64,000 bases of DNA, from IMG/VR virus record IMGVR_UViG_3300025276_000021; one strand, given 5' to 3'. Made by a program: the position numbers and the translations under genes. The DNA is from a virus. Shown here in pieces: positions 17,512-26,609 of this stretch. The notes below the pieces were generated by a model, which did not search any database, was not told the DNA's origin, and saw only the letters and a program-made list of their open reading frames with translations. How positions within the stretch are numbered: position 1 is the first letter of the stretch; each line of letters starts with the position of its first letter.

Positions 17512-17839
17512 CTTCTATCCAACGTAGTAGACTATTTGCTTCACGGTCTAATGCGGGATACCATGCACTTTTCGTTTTCATAGTCATGGCTTGACCAATC
17601 AAATCACAATATTCTTTATAATCTTCAGCATTACGAAAATGCATCATAACAGTTTTATATGTCTTATTATGTTCCTGAGTATAAGTGGGCATACCAACCC
17701 AGTGTTTTTCCCAGTTGTCACGATTATCCTCAATATCGACAAAATCTGCAAGTGAGGCAGTGCCTGCTATTGTTTCGCCCATATGATCCATAAAATTATC
17801 ATATTGTCCAGATTCTTCTACTTTTTTATCATCTGACAT
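17504..17839 (-). CDS. hypothetical protein associated with the glycosyltransferases
   Basis: HWVGMP...HFRNAEDY...TKSAWYP; lies between two GT genes. Confidence 0.7.
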   Translation of the reverse strand: MSDDKKVEESGQYDNFMDHMGETIAGTASLADFVDIEDNRDNWEKHWVGMPTYTQEHNKTYKTVMMHFRNAEDYKEYCDLIGQAMTMKTKSAWYPALDREANSLLRWIEDD

Positions 17840-18107
17840 TATTAATTACCTCTTTCCAGTGTACTATTGTATCTGTTGGTTTATTACCAGGTCGAATAAG
17901 TTCATGGCAACAACCACACGCATGATATCTTTGTTTTGTTAAAGGATCAACATAAATACGCCATCTAGGAGATCCATATTTAATGTCGTTAGCCCAGTCT
18001 CCATTAAGTTGTTGGGCTGCATTTGGTTTTCCGCAAATATCACAATCTGGTTGAAAGAACTTTCTATTTTTATCTTGTACCACAGTATCGCTGATAAAAT
18101 CACACAT
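17829..18107 (-). CDS. putative zinc-finger protein
   Basis: CDIC...CGCC; start at ATG 18107 overlapping the upstream stop. Confidence 0.6.
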   Translation of the reverse strand: MCDFISDTVVQDKNRKFFQPDCDICGKPNAAQQLNGDWANDIKYGSPRWRIYVDPLTKQRYHACGCCHELIRPGNKPTDTIVHWKEVINNVR

Positions 18108-19050
18108 CCTTCTTTCCTTTATAGTTTCGGAGTTTATATTTTTCATCACTCACAAGTTTAAGACCGTATTCGTTATTGCCGCTCATGGGCACATAGTTTT
18201 CTCTAAATTTTAACATATTCTTTTTAAAAGGAGAGTAGTCTACATAGTGATGCCAGCGACCATATCTCCAAGCTATTCTAGCAACGTCTGGATGCATATC
18301 AACTAGCATTTGAGATTTATTAGCAGTGCCTAAGCTATTATAGCCAGTATCATTCAAATCTTTACCTGTCACGATACTTTTCTGATCTGTATTTTCAACA
18401 TGATAAAATTCTGCCGTATTGCCACCCTTTAGTGTTTGTGTAGCTAACTTGCCTTGCATGAAAGCATTGAATTGAATAGTACAGTCACCGTCTTTCAGTA
18501 CTCGCAAGCAAATATCAGTATCTTCATTATATCTGCCGCGCCATCTATGCTTGCAATCATTTGCAATTAATAAGCATGAATAAATTCTTGTGTTTTTAAC
18601 AAAAGCGGGATACTTTTGATTTGGCGCAATAAAGAAACGATACTGAAAACCAGAGATAGGGACGTTAGTGTATCTATCTGTAAATTCTTCCGCTGCTTTA
18701 AATATTGCACCAGTCTCGACTCTAATACGTTTGTTTTCGTGTAATCTGTAAAAGTCAGATATATTATCATCTAGTACCCAATGACGTTCAAAACCTAAAG
18801 TCATTGAATGATCCCAGCACCAGTTTCTAGCGCGACCGGGTCCGTCACCGTGATTTGAGAACGGAGCAATCAATAATGTAACATAGTCCCTAATTGCAAA
18901 TACATCTAGTGATTTTTTATAATCGTCCTCGTCTTGAGGTTCAATTGCAATATAATGTGGGATTTTCATACGGGCGAGTGATCTGGATGTTACCATCGAA
19001 TCAGATCGACCCTTAGATATGATGTAAACTGGATAGTCTGGGTTAGTCAT
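18100..19050 (-). CDS. TET-associated glycosyltransferase family protein (probable DNA base glycosylation)
   Basis: YPVYIISKGR, RARNWCWDHS, WVLDDNI, RIYSCLLI, WRGRYNEDTD. Confidence 0.8.
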   Translation of the reverse strand: MTNPDYPVYIISKGRSDSMVTSRSLARMKIPHYIAIEPQDEDDYKKSLDVFAIRDYVTLLIAPFSNHGDGPGRARNWCWDHSMTLGFERHWVLDDNISDFYRLHENKRIRVETGAIFKAAEEFTDRYTNVPISGFQYRFFIAPNQKYPAFVKNTRIYSCLLIANDCKHRWRGRYNEDTDICLRVLKDGDCTIQFNAFMQGKLATQTLKGGNTAEFYHVENTDQKSIVTGKDLNDTGYNSLGTANKSQMLVDMHPDVARIAWRYGRWHHYVDYSPFKKNMLKFRENYVPMSGNNEYGLKLVSDEKYKLRNYKGKKDV

Positions 19051-19079
19051 TCAATAATACCTCTTGCTGATATTCTTAC

Positions 19080-19108
19080 ATTATATACTATATAGGTAAT
19101 TTAGTCAA
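19080..19108 (-). promoter_or_regulatory. sigma70-type promoter
   Basis: TTGACT-17-TATAAT. Confidence 0.7.
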
Positions 19109-19412
19109 CCTTATTTTCTGATCTTTTTATACTATCTTCTATAATATGCAGTAAAATTTTACCAACGTACTCTTGAAAATCTTCATCATCCTCAGTAAGA
19201 GTATCGTCAGGAGAATACGAAACATTAAAATCAAACGTAAGTTGATGATCATCTCCACCTGGAATTTCTTCACCAACTTTAATAGTTCCGATGGAGACTA
19301 CGCTTTCAACGTAGTCCCCTTTCAAAAATCTAATATTCCATGCATCGTCAGACTCTTTCGACGGAACCAATTCATAGTGATCGTTTTCGATCAAATGTGA
19401 AGTTATAGCCAT
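19101..19412 (-). CDS. probable head vertex assembly chaperone (gp40-like)
   Basis: size, position directly after uvsX as in T4, LTFDF...FQEYVGKIL pattern. Confidence 0.5.
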   Translation of the reverse strand: MAITSHLIENDHYELVPSKESDDAWNIRFLKGDYVESVVSIGTIKVGEEIPGGDDHQLTFDFNVSYSPDDTLTEDDEDFQEYVGKILLHIIEDSIKRSENKVD

Positions 19413-19413
19413 A

Positions 19414-20463
19414 TTATTCTCCTTCTAACAAATCATCAAAATCTACTTCTGTCTGGTGACCAATAGTATACTGTTTTTTGATAAATTCTGCAAAATCTGT
19501 AGTATCAAAAATAGGTTTCCAGAAATCTTCTTCCAGTGTGCCTGCTTCGCGTACTTTCTTTTCTGATACTTCACCCGTTGACATATCGACAGAACTATAC
19601 CAGCCATTACTCGGCTTAACAACATAGCCTCCAGCAAGTGCGACCTCTAATAGTCCAGACCAAGCAGCTACTCCACCTTCCCACGTTACACTGATTGGTA
19701 TCTTAGATTTTTCTTTGACGAACCGAGATTTTTCAACATTGATAACAAAGTCATAGCCTTGAATCTCAGTACCTTTCTTGTTTTGACGGCGTCCCAAGAT
19801 CCAAATATTATTTGCGCTGTAATAAATGCCTGTGCCACCTGATACAATATCTTTAGGAAACAAACCAATTTCTTTGTATGTGTGATTGACTGCAATCATA
19901 GGAATATCTTTCATAGCAAGATATGGCGTACACATTCTGAATAGACCCTTGAGTGCTTTTGCCCGTGACATATCAGCCACAGATTTTTCGTTGATTGCGT
20001 CTTCCATTTCTTTCTTAGATGCAAGATTGCCGATAGAGTCAATGACAACTATAACACGATCTTTGCGGTCTAGACCTTCTAACTGACCGATGAGATCAAA
20101 TTTCAATTCTTCGACATTGGTAATTGGTGTATGCAGAACGCGAGTCGTGTCAATATCGAATTGCTCAAAATAAGAAGCTGGTGAGCCAAATTCTGAATCA
20201 TAGAATAGCATGATAGCATCAGGATACTTGTTTAGATACGCTGCAGCGATTAGCAGCGTGAATGAAGTTTTAAAATGTTTAGATGGTCCAGCAAGTACCG
20301 TCAGTCCGGGAGTAAGACCACCATCTACTGATCCAGAAAGTGCAACATTGATCATAGGTACAGATGTTGAAACTTTCTCTTTATTATTAAAAAATTTAGA
20401 CTCCGAAAGAACTTCAGTATTCTTTAGTTTTGAGTTCTTTTTGAGTTTGTCCATTACCGACAT
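19414..20463 (-). CDS. uvsX: RecA-like recombinase
   Basis: GPSKHFKT, FYDSEFG, IDSIGNLAS, KSRFVKEKS. Confidence 0.97.
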   Translation of the reverse strand: MSVMDKLKKNSKLKNTEVLSESKFFNNKEKVSTSVPMINVALSGSVDGGLTPGLTVLAGPSKHFKTSFTLLIAAAYLNKYPDAIMLFYDSEFGSPASYFEQFDIDTTRVLHTPITNVEELKFDLIGQLEGLDRKDRVIVVIDSIGNLASKKEMEDAINEKSVADMSRAKALKGLFRMCTPYLAMKDIPMIAVNHTYKEIGLFPKDIVSGGTGIYYSANNIWILGRRQNKKGTEIQGYDFVINVEKSRFVKEKSKIPISVTWEGGVAAWSGLLEVALAGGYVVKPSNGWYSSVDMSTGEVSEKKVREAGTLEEDFWKPIFDTTDFAEFIKKQYTIGHQTEVDFDDLLEGE

Positions 20464-20488
20464 ATAATTCTCCTGTGTTTATTTTGCC

Positions 20489-20517
20489 ATTATAGCATAT
20501 TCTATAATGATTGTCTA
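20489..20517 (-). promoter_or_regulatory. sigma70-type promoter
   Basis: TAGACA-17-TATAAT, extended TG. Confidence 0.7.
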
Positions 20518-21035
20518 CCATAAAATTGTGTTCTTTGTGCTTTTTCTTGAAATAGATACCAGCAACAATTGTCTTTACCAACACTCTTACTTCCTTCTAT
20601 CCACTTGACCCTACCTATACTTACAATCTTAGAACACATTTTCATATAAGGTTCGCTCTGCTTTGTATGCATCCAATCAGCATCGAATAGCAACCAAGTT
20701 GGACGCTTTGGCGCAAAATACTCTATAAATGGATGTAGAAATTTTCTATTCCAAGGTGGGTTAGTTATTACATAATCTACATTATCATCAATCAATATAT
20801 CAAATGCATCTTTTTGTTTTACCCAATCAACTCTAGGTTCTATATCTGTATTTGATAACGATTTACAATCCATATTAAAATGCAAATGTTTTGTAAGTCT
20901 ACCATCACCAGCGCAAGGTTCTATAAAAGTAAAATAACTCTCAGGCAAGTGTGGCAAAAGTGGCAAGACTGCCGCCTCAGGTGTAGGATAAAAATCTCTT
21001 TCTACTCTTTCAAAGTCACTTCTTTTTCCCATCAT
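20502..21035 (-). CDS. N6-adenine DNA methyltransferase
   Basis: DFYPTP, EPCAGDG (SAM-binding), TNPPW (catalytic). Confidence 0.85.
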   Translation of the reverse strand: MMGKRSDFERVERDFYPTPEAAVLPLLPHLPESYFTFIEPCAGDGRLTKHLHFNMDCKSLSNTDIEPRVDWVKQKDAFDILIDDNVDYVITNPPWNRKFLHPFIEYFAPKRPTWLLFDADWMHTKQSEPYMKMCSKIVSIGRVKWIEGSKSVGKDNCCWYLFQEKAQRTQFYGRQSL

Positions 21036-21459
21036 GTACCCTTTTTCTCAAATCACTAGATGAAAATCTGTGGTCTCGTTTATTATAAAATATTTCTATG
21101 CCGCGTTCCGCGCAAATTTGACGACCAGTGAATGTAGTGCTTTTATATTCTTCGCCAATTATTCTTACGTCAATAGGAAACATACTCAAAATATCTTCTA
21201 AATCTTGCTCAGTTTGATATGGAATAATTTCATCGACATATTTTACTCCAGATAGTTGTGTGTGACGCTCAACTAAAGTTTGTATGGGCTTATTCTTGTT
21301 AGGTCTGTCCACAGATGGATCGACTTGCAATGCACAGATCAGATGATTGCATTTTGTCTTAGCTTCCCGAAGCATTGCAATATGACCTGCATGTAATAGG
21401 TCAAAAGTTGAAGCCGTAATTCCTATTTTTGTTTTAATATTTCCCAAGTCTCTTTCCAA
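21016..21459 (-). CDS. cytidylyltransferase (TagD-like)
   Basis: STFDLLHAGH (HxGH), KYVDEIIPY, SSSDLR. Confidence 0.88.
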   Translation of the reverse strand: MERDLGNIKTKIGITASTFDLLHAGHIAMLREAKTKCNHLICALQVDPSVDRPNKNKPIQTLVERHTQLSGVKYVDEIIPYQTEQDLEDILSMFPIDVRIIGEEYKSTTFTGRQICAERGIEIFYNKRDHRFSSSDLRKRVHDGKKK

Positions 21460-22127
21460 TCTTTTACTTGATATGTAGCATTTTTGCCGCCGCGGTCATG
21501 TACTGCAAGAGCAATCTCATGGTCATTACCACCCAAGTCGCATTTATCACCGTAGAAGTTTATTATATCACAATTTTCAAAATCTGTCAATACTTGTGAT
21601 TTATTATTTCCCTTAACAGTGATATCGATGCCAGTTTCGCCGCCAAGTTTAAAGTCAAAATCTGGGAAAAGTTTTGATAATCGTTCACTTATTTTCTTTC
21701 TCTCACTCGTATGATTGTCCCAATGAATATATTGAGTTCTAGCGCGTTGACCTGCGTTTCTGCCTACAATAGATAAATTTACTAGCCCGGGTCTTTCTTC
21801 AATATGAATGCCTGTTCTAACAGGAAATTCACTTTCGGTTATCTCTTTATTTAGATATCCCCACATTGTATCAGGTAGTTTTATTGTACCCTTGCGAACA
21901 TTTTTGCCCCTTTCCCATACATCGTTGCCAGAACATTGATAATTGCGTTTTGTTATACCCCAAATGACATTACCAACTTGTTCTCTCGTTTTTTGAATAT
22001 CACTACCTGTAACAAGATATACATTATTCAATGTACAAAAGTCAAAGAAGAACGAACTAAATTTTTCATCTATTTTACCACGACTTGGAGTAAGTGTACC
22101 ATCAACATCGAAAATGTGGTGTATCAT
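21423..22127 (-). CDS. HAD-family (eukaryote-type) phosphomannomutase
   Basis: FDVDGTLTPSR, VTGSD, GGETGIDI, FYGDK...GGNDHEI. Confidence 0.85.
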   Translation of the reverse strand: MIHHIFDVDGTLTPSRGKIDEKFSSFFFDFCTLNNVYLVTGSDIQKTREQVGNVIWGITKRNYQCSGNDVWERGKNVRKGTIKLPDTMWGYLNKEITESEFPVRTGIHIEERPGLVNLSIVGRNAGQRARTQYIHWDNHTSERKKISERLSKLFPDFDFKLGGETGIDITVKGNNKSQVLTDFENCDIINFYGDKCDLGGNDHEIALAVHDRGGKNATYQVKDWKETWEILKQK

Positions 22128-23437
22128 ATTCTGTTATCTTTCAATTCATTTATCAATCTAGTCAGTTTTGCTTTATACTCCGCGCCTTGATAATGTGCAG
22201 GCATCAACTCACTTGACGCATATTTTCCGAACGACTTAATCATGCAAAAGCTAATATCATCGACTTTAATATATGCAGTGTCTAGTTTATCGTCAATAGC
22301 AGTCTTTATGCTTTCCCTTGTAAGTTTTAGATCAAATCTTTCTCCAGCACTATTCATTCCAGTGTTGACAAGATATACATTGCAATCATTTGAATTGATT
22401 TTTTGCATTAGCAATTCACTGTATTCTTTAACTGGTCTCGGCATAAACGGCGAACCATAGCAAGGCGAAAATGTTTTTGTTATTTCGCTAACACCGCGTT
22501 CTGTTCCAGGCATAACACTTGTATATCCTGTTTCGAAAAGCAATTTTACTGTGTCGCCTTTGATTTTGCTAATAGCAGGTAAAATACCTTCTGCATCAAA
22601 TGTTAGGAAGAAAATATTAGTCGGATGATCTAGCTCATCTTTTGGACTATGGGCGTTCTCAACACAATCTAGTGGATAGCTAAGTCTTGCGTTAGGCACT
22701 CCTGGGTTTTCGATTACTAGATTCTCTCGACTCTCTGCAAGAGCTACTGCATCATAAATTGTCTTATGTGTTTCTTCCGAAAGTCCTTCACTTTTAGCAT
22801 AGCAGCCAGTTTCGATCATTTCTATACCATAATAGTCCCAAGTGATTTCATCGTCACCAATTAGACGAAAATCAGGATCACTACTTAATGTTGTTTTACC
22901 TGTGCCGCTCAAACCAAACATCAAATTAGTTGTATCGTTATATGTGAACGCACTACAATGCATAGGCAATATGCCATGCTTTGGAATTTCAAAACTAACA
23001 ATTCCAAATACGCCCTTCTTAATTTCGCCCAAAAATGTAGTACCTGCAATAAGCATTTCTTTTTTGTCTAAGTGGACAAAAATTCTAGGATGAGGAACTG
23101 ATATTTCAGTATTGTGTAATATTGTCCAATCTGGTACCCAGTGACCAAAGCCCCGGGGCAAAACAGTAAACATATTCCTAACAAACTGTTCGTGGCGCTC
23201 GTCATTAGTATGGACCTCGAAACGAATACCTGCAGTCTCGAAACACAAAGGAAAATTACGTTTGGTCGTAGAATTTTCAGATTTCATTCTTGACGCGAAT
23301 TGATTATATTCGTTAGGATCACCAACTTTGCAATATTTTGGTCTTTTAGTACATAATTCGTTTGTAGCTGTCCCAAAGAAGTATTTGTTTTCTGGACTTC
23401 TACCTGTCGGCTCTGTCGTGATACTAATGTTTGCCAT
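22124..23437 (-). CDS. pckA: ATP-dependent phosphoenolpyruvate carboxykinase (N-terminally shortened)
   Basis: TGRSP, GEIKKG, MHCSA, FGLSGTGKTTLS, IGDDE, GCYAK, FSPCYGSPF, YLVNTG. Confidence 0.92.
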   Translation of the reverse strand: MANISITTEPTGRSPENKYFFGTATNELCTKRPKYCKVGDPNEYNQFASRMKSENSTTKRNFPLCFETAGIRFEVHTNDERHEQFVRNMFTVLPRGFGHWVPDWTILHNTEISVPHPRIFVHLDKKEMLIAGTTFLGEIKKGVFGIVSFEIPKHGILPMHCSAFTYNDTTNLMFGLSGTGKTTLSSDPDFRLIGDDEITWDYYGIEMIETGCYAKSEGLSEETHKTIYDAVALAESRENLVIENPGVPNARLSYPLDCVENAHSPKDELDHPTNIFFLTFDAEGILPAISKIKGDTVKLLFETGYTSVMPGTERGVSEITKTFSPCYGSPFMPRPVKEYSELLMQKINSNDCNVYLVNTGMNSAGERFDLKLTRESIKTAIDDKLDTAYIKVDDISFCMIKSFGKYASSELMPAHYQGAEYKAKLTRLINELKDNRI

Positions 23438-23440
23438 CAG

Positions 23441-23803
23441 CTATTCCTTATATCCGATCGTTTCTCTTACAATATCATTATGGTTAAATTCTGCCCAGTA
23501 TAATTCAAATGCCACGCCTGGCTCAATACACTCAAATTGGTGATACACACCGGGTTTCACTTTAGTATATTCACCAGCGTTCAAAATAGTTTCATCAATC
23601 AAATCATAATCATTTTGCCAGACGCGAACAAGCATAATTCCCGACTCAATGTAAAAGCCATTCCATTTATACTCATGTAGATGTTTTGAACAGACACCGC
23701 CGCCTTCCATTTCAATACGATGAAATTCTAATGCACCATTTGCTTCAATCAATTCTGTTTGGCCCCATACTTTTCCTGCAATAGTCATATTTTTATCCTC
23801 CAC
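23441..23803 (-). CDS. cupin protein (mannose-6-phosphate isomerase-like)
   Basis: KVWG, SKHLHEYK, PGVYHQF cupin metal motifs. Confidence 0.75.
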   Translation of the reverse strand: MEDKNMTIAGKVWGQTELIEANGALEFHRIEMEGGGVCSKHLHEYKWNGFYIESGIMLVRVWQNDYDLIDETILNAGEYTKVKPGVYHQFECIEPGVAFELYWAEFNHNDIVRETIGYKE

Positions 23804-24620
23804 TCGCTCTACAAATTTGGTCTATATTCTGATTTATACGATTATTAAATTCTTCTTCCGACTGACTAAGGAATAGTCCTTCACTTAAGGCACGGCTGAA
23901 GCTTGCAGATATGTTCCTCTGTTTTGAAAGACGCTCACATGCCTCATTTGTAGAATAACCTCCACTCAATGCAACAATACTGTCTATATTATAATGCTTG
24001 GTCAATTCATAATAAAGATTATCAGACTCTGGTGGAGTTAGCTTTAGCATCGTAAACAATCGTGTCAAACCCAAAGTATTTTTATTAGAAAGAAATTTAT
24101 CTAACTTATTTCTAAGTTGAACATGCATTTTCCATTCAATTTCTGCTTTATCTGGAGAATCGATAGGAACTTCTGGTTCAATAATTGGCATAAGAAATCC
24201 TTCAGCGATTTCTTTAGCAAGTTTAAACTGTTGATTTAATACGGGCGCTATCATATCAACACTATGGACAATACTTCGCATTTTTGTGCCAGTACAGCCA
24301 TGCGAAGTCGCAAACTGAATCATCTCATCTATATCAAACTCTTTAAGAGTTCCATCTGGATTACACCCGCTATCGACTTTCAAATAAATTGGTATCTGTT
24401 TAGCGTGTAAAATCGGAGCCATACCTCTATCTAAAGTGTCTTTGTATAGAATTGCTCCTTTTATATTTTCTGAAGTAAATTTAGGACTATTTACCATACG
24501 CATACGCATTGCATGGACTTTTTCCATTTTATCATCTTCAGTATATTCTTGTCCGTAGCGTTCTAAAACTCCACCTGTTGATCCACCACTGTGGTCCATT
24601 GCTGCAATAAATTTACTCAT
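23793..24620 (-). CDS. class I fructose-bisphosphate aldolase
   Basis: FIAAMDHSGGS, LKVDSG, GTKMRS, PIIEPEV, VALSGGY, ASFSRAL. Confidence 0.9.
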   Translation of the reverse strand: MSKFIAAMDHSGGSTGGVLERYGQEYTEDDKMEKVHAMRMRMVNSPKFTSENIKGAILYKDTLDRGMAPILHAKQIPIYLKVDSGCNPDGTLKEFDIDEMIQFATSHGCTGTKMRSIVHSVDMIAPVLNQQFKLAKEIAEGFLMPIIEPEVPIDSPDKAEIEWKMHVQLRNKLDKFLSNKNTLGLTRLFTMLKLTPPESDNLYYELTKHYNIDSIVALSGGYSTNEACERLSKQRNISASFSRALSEGLFLSQSEEEFNNRINQNIDQICRASGG

Positions 24621-24991
24621 TTGTAAGTTCCTATCTTGGGCTTGTGTAATTTATCTAGCACCCATTTAATTTTTTGATCTTGCTCCCAATTACTGAGATA
24701 ATCGTTGTCTCTATCAAATAAGGTAAGCATTTCTTCCTCGGAACATTGATAAACATCACATCCCTGTTCGCCTATGTGATATTGAGAAAACTCATCACAT
24801 TCTTCACAAATGACCGTATCTGACGCCCAATCATCAAGTTCGGCGTCATTCGGCTCTACATCAGAATTTAGTTTACGTAGGTCATCTTTATGCATCACAT
24901 AGCGATGACGGAAAGATGATACTGTAGTTACTACCACATAGTCTTTATTAGTCATATATCTAATCCCATAAGTTTTCATAATATTTTCCAA
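24617..24991 (-). CDS. hypothetical protein
   Basis: ORF in operon; true start may be 24955. Confidence 0.7.
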   Translation of the reverse strand: MENIMKTYGIRYMTNKDYVVVTTVSSFRHRYVMHKDDLRKLNSDVEPNDAELDDWASDTVICEECDEFSQYHIGEQGCDVYQCSEEEMLTLFDRDNDYLSNWEQDQKIKWVLDKLHKPKIGTYK

Positions 24992-25475
24992 ACAGTCTAA
25001 ATCCGTTGGTCATTCTTAGTTGGTGTACTTGTTGGCGTTCACGATCTTGCCATTCAAAATGACCATTTAAAAATAAACCAGAATCACCTTCAATGTACGG
25101 ACCATAGTAATCATCTTGCCAATTATCTCGACACTTCTGCTCAAATGCCCAAATCATTTCATCCATGATCCAATCCCAACGCTCAAAGTGTTTAGGATCA
25201 ACATCACCTGTTTTATCATACGCGGCTAGTTGTTTTTTAGTAGCACGAAGTTCTTTTGGTACATCAGTGCCGTCCACATTTGGAGAGCCATGTTTAGTAT
25301 CTTTTAGTTGCACAAGCATGGGTAAGATGATAGTAGCAAGAGTATCGTCCATACTCCAAGTATCATATCTGTCTATACGAATGCTAGTTTTCTGTTTAGG
25401 TGAATACCCAAACCAGTCGTACAGCCAGTTATGATAGAATCTATAATTAGGATATCCACCAATTTTAACTTTCAT
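24960..25475 (-). CDS. hypothetical phage protein
   Basis: YDTWSMD.TLA.IILPML...GFRLFGKYY. Confidence 0.75.
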   Translation of the reverse strand: MKVKIGGYPNYRFYHNWLYDWFGYSPKQKTSIRIDRYDTWSMDDTLATIILPMLVQLKDTKHGSPNVDGTDVPKELRATKKQLAAYDKTGDVDPKHFERWDWIMDEMIWAFEQKCRDNWQDDYYGPYIEGDSGLFLNGHFEWQDRERQQVHQLRMTNGFRLFGKYYENLWD

Positions 25476-25636
25476 TCGTCCATATCTCTTAAATCAAGAA
25501 CTTTATTATATTCAATTGTGTATCCACAAGCACGGAGAAAGTTTTGAAATTCTTCAAGCACCTCGTCAAGGGTGATATCATCGGGAATTTCTATTTCAAT
25601 TTTTACACCACCAATACTGTTTCTACTAAATTTCAT
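25472..25636 (-). CDS. 54-aa hypothetical protein (not in ORF track)
   Basis: GAGGA SD; MKFSRN...LEEFQNFLRACGY; ATGA overlap downstream. Confidence 0.65.
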   Translation of the reverse strand: MKFSRNSIGGVKIEIEIPDDITLDEVLEEFQNFLRACGYTIEYNKVLDLRDMDE

Positions 25637-25652
25637 AATACTATCCTCACTT

Positions 25653-26597
25653 CTACATAAAATCGTCTAAAGAAAGTGGTTTATTTCTTTTATATCCCAC
25701 TAAGTCCATTTCTCTCGCTAACAGACAATCATCAGGAATGTTATCCCAAAGTTTTTCGTTAATCATTTCTGCGTCTTGAAAAGCACTTTCAAAGAAGTGT
25801 GCGACAATGTAAGATTTTGACATAATTTCATCAATGGAAGGCATAGTGTGTCCAAAAATCTGAGTTTTACCGTCTAGTCGAGTTGGACTTTCGATAGTAT
25901 AGCATTTGCCTCTGCCTTTCCATGCAGGAACAGGACTCATATAAATTGGTTGAAATATCTTTGCTGTAGTATCTCTATTTGCAATATTTTTAACAGTCCA
26001 AAGAATAGAGTTCCATTCATCCGTAGTGCCTTTTGGCTTAATTTTTAATTTTTCAACTATTCTATCTGATAGATCAGATATTTCCTGTTGTGTCGTTTCA
26101 CCAATTTTTATTGGAAATGCACTAAGTTCTTTGCCGTCCCAAGATCCATCGTGTACAGTCATGGGAGGCTTATTAGGTCCCCACTGAGGAACCATACCAC
26201 CAGTTTTTTTCGACGGCATTGTACTGAACCAACTATCATGCTCAGGAAAAGATTTAAGTATAACACTATCCATATCAAGTACAATACCTAAAGTCTCACT
26301 TGCTCTTTTAAGACGAACTGCGTCAGACACAAAAGCGATTGAATGACCAAACGATAATGCATTGAAGGCATCTTTAGCTGAGATAACTTCTTCGGCGTTT
26401 TTGATTTTAATGTCATATGAAAACTCTGTGACTTTTTGGTGAGTCCATATTTCTACATCGTTGTTTAATCTTTCATGTGATTTGAATACTAAATCATGTA
26501 ATAATGAAAACTTTAGTTCACTATTTGACCATTCATCAACAGTATTATATCCGAATCTTTCTGGTATATTAGACCAGTACATTATAATTTTACTCAT
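25653..26597 (-). CDS. DxD glycosyltransferase (GT32/Och1-like)
   Basis: IIMYW, FVSDAVRL, GIVLDMDSV; C-terminal SLDDFM. Confidence 0.75.
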   Translation of the reverse strand: MSKIIMYWSNIPERFGYNTVDEWSNSELKFSLLHDLVFKSHERLNNDVEIWTHQKVTEFSYDIKIKNAEEVISAKDAFNALSFGHSIAFVSDAVRLKRASETLGIVLDMDSVILKSFPEHDSWFSTMPSKKTGGMVPQWGPNKPPMTVHDGSWDGKELSAFPIKIGETTQQEISDLSDRIVEKLKIKPKGTTDEWNSILWTVKNIANRDTTAKIFQPIYMSPVPAWKGRGKCYTIESPTRLDGKTQIFGHTMPSIDEIMSKSYIVAHFFESAFQDAEMINEKLWDNIPDDCLLAREMDLVGYKRNKPLSLDDFM

Positions 26598-26609
26598 TCA
26601 CTATCCCCG

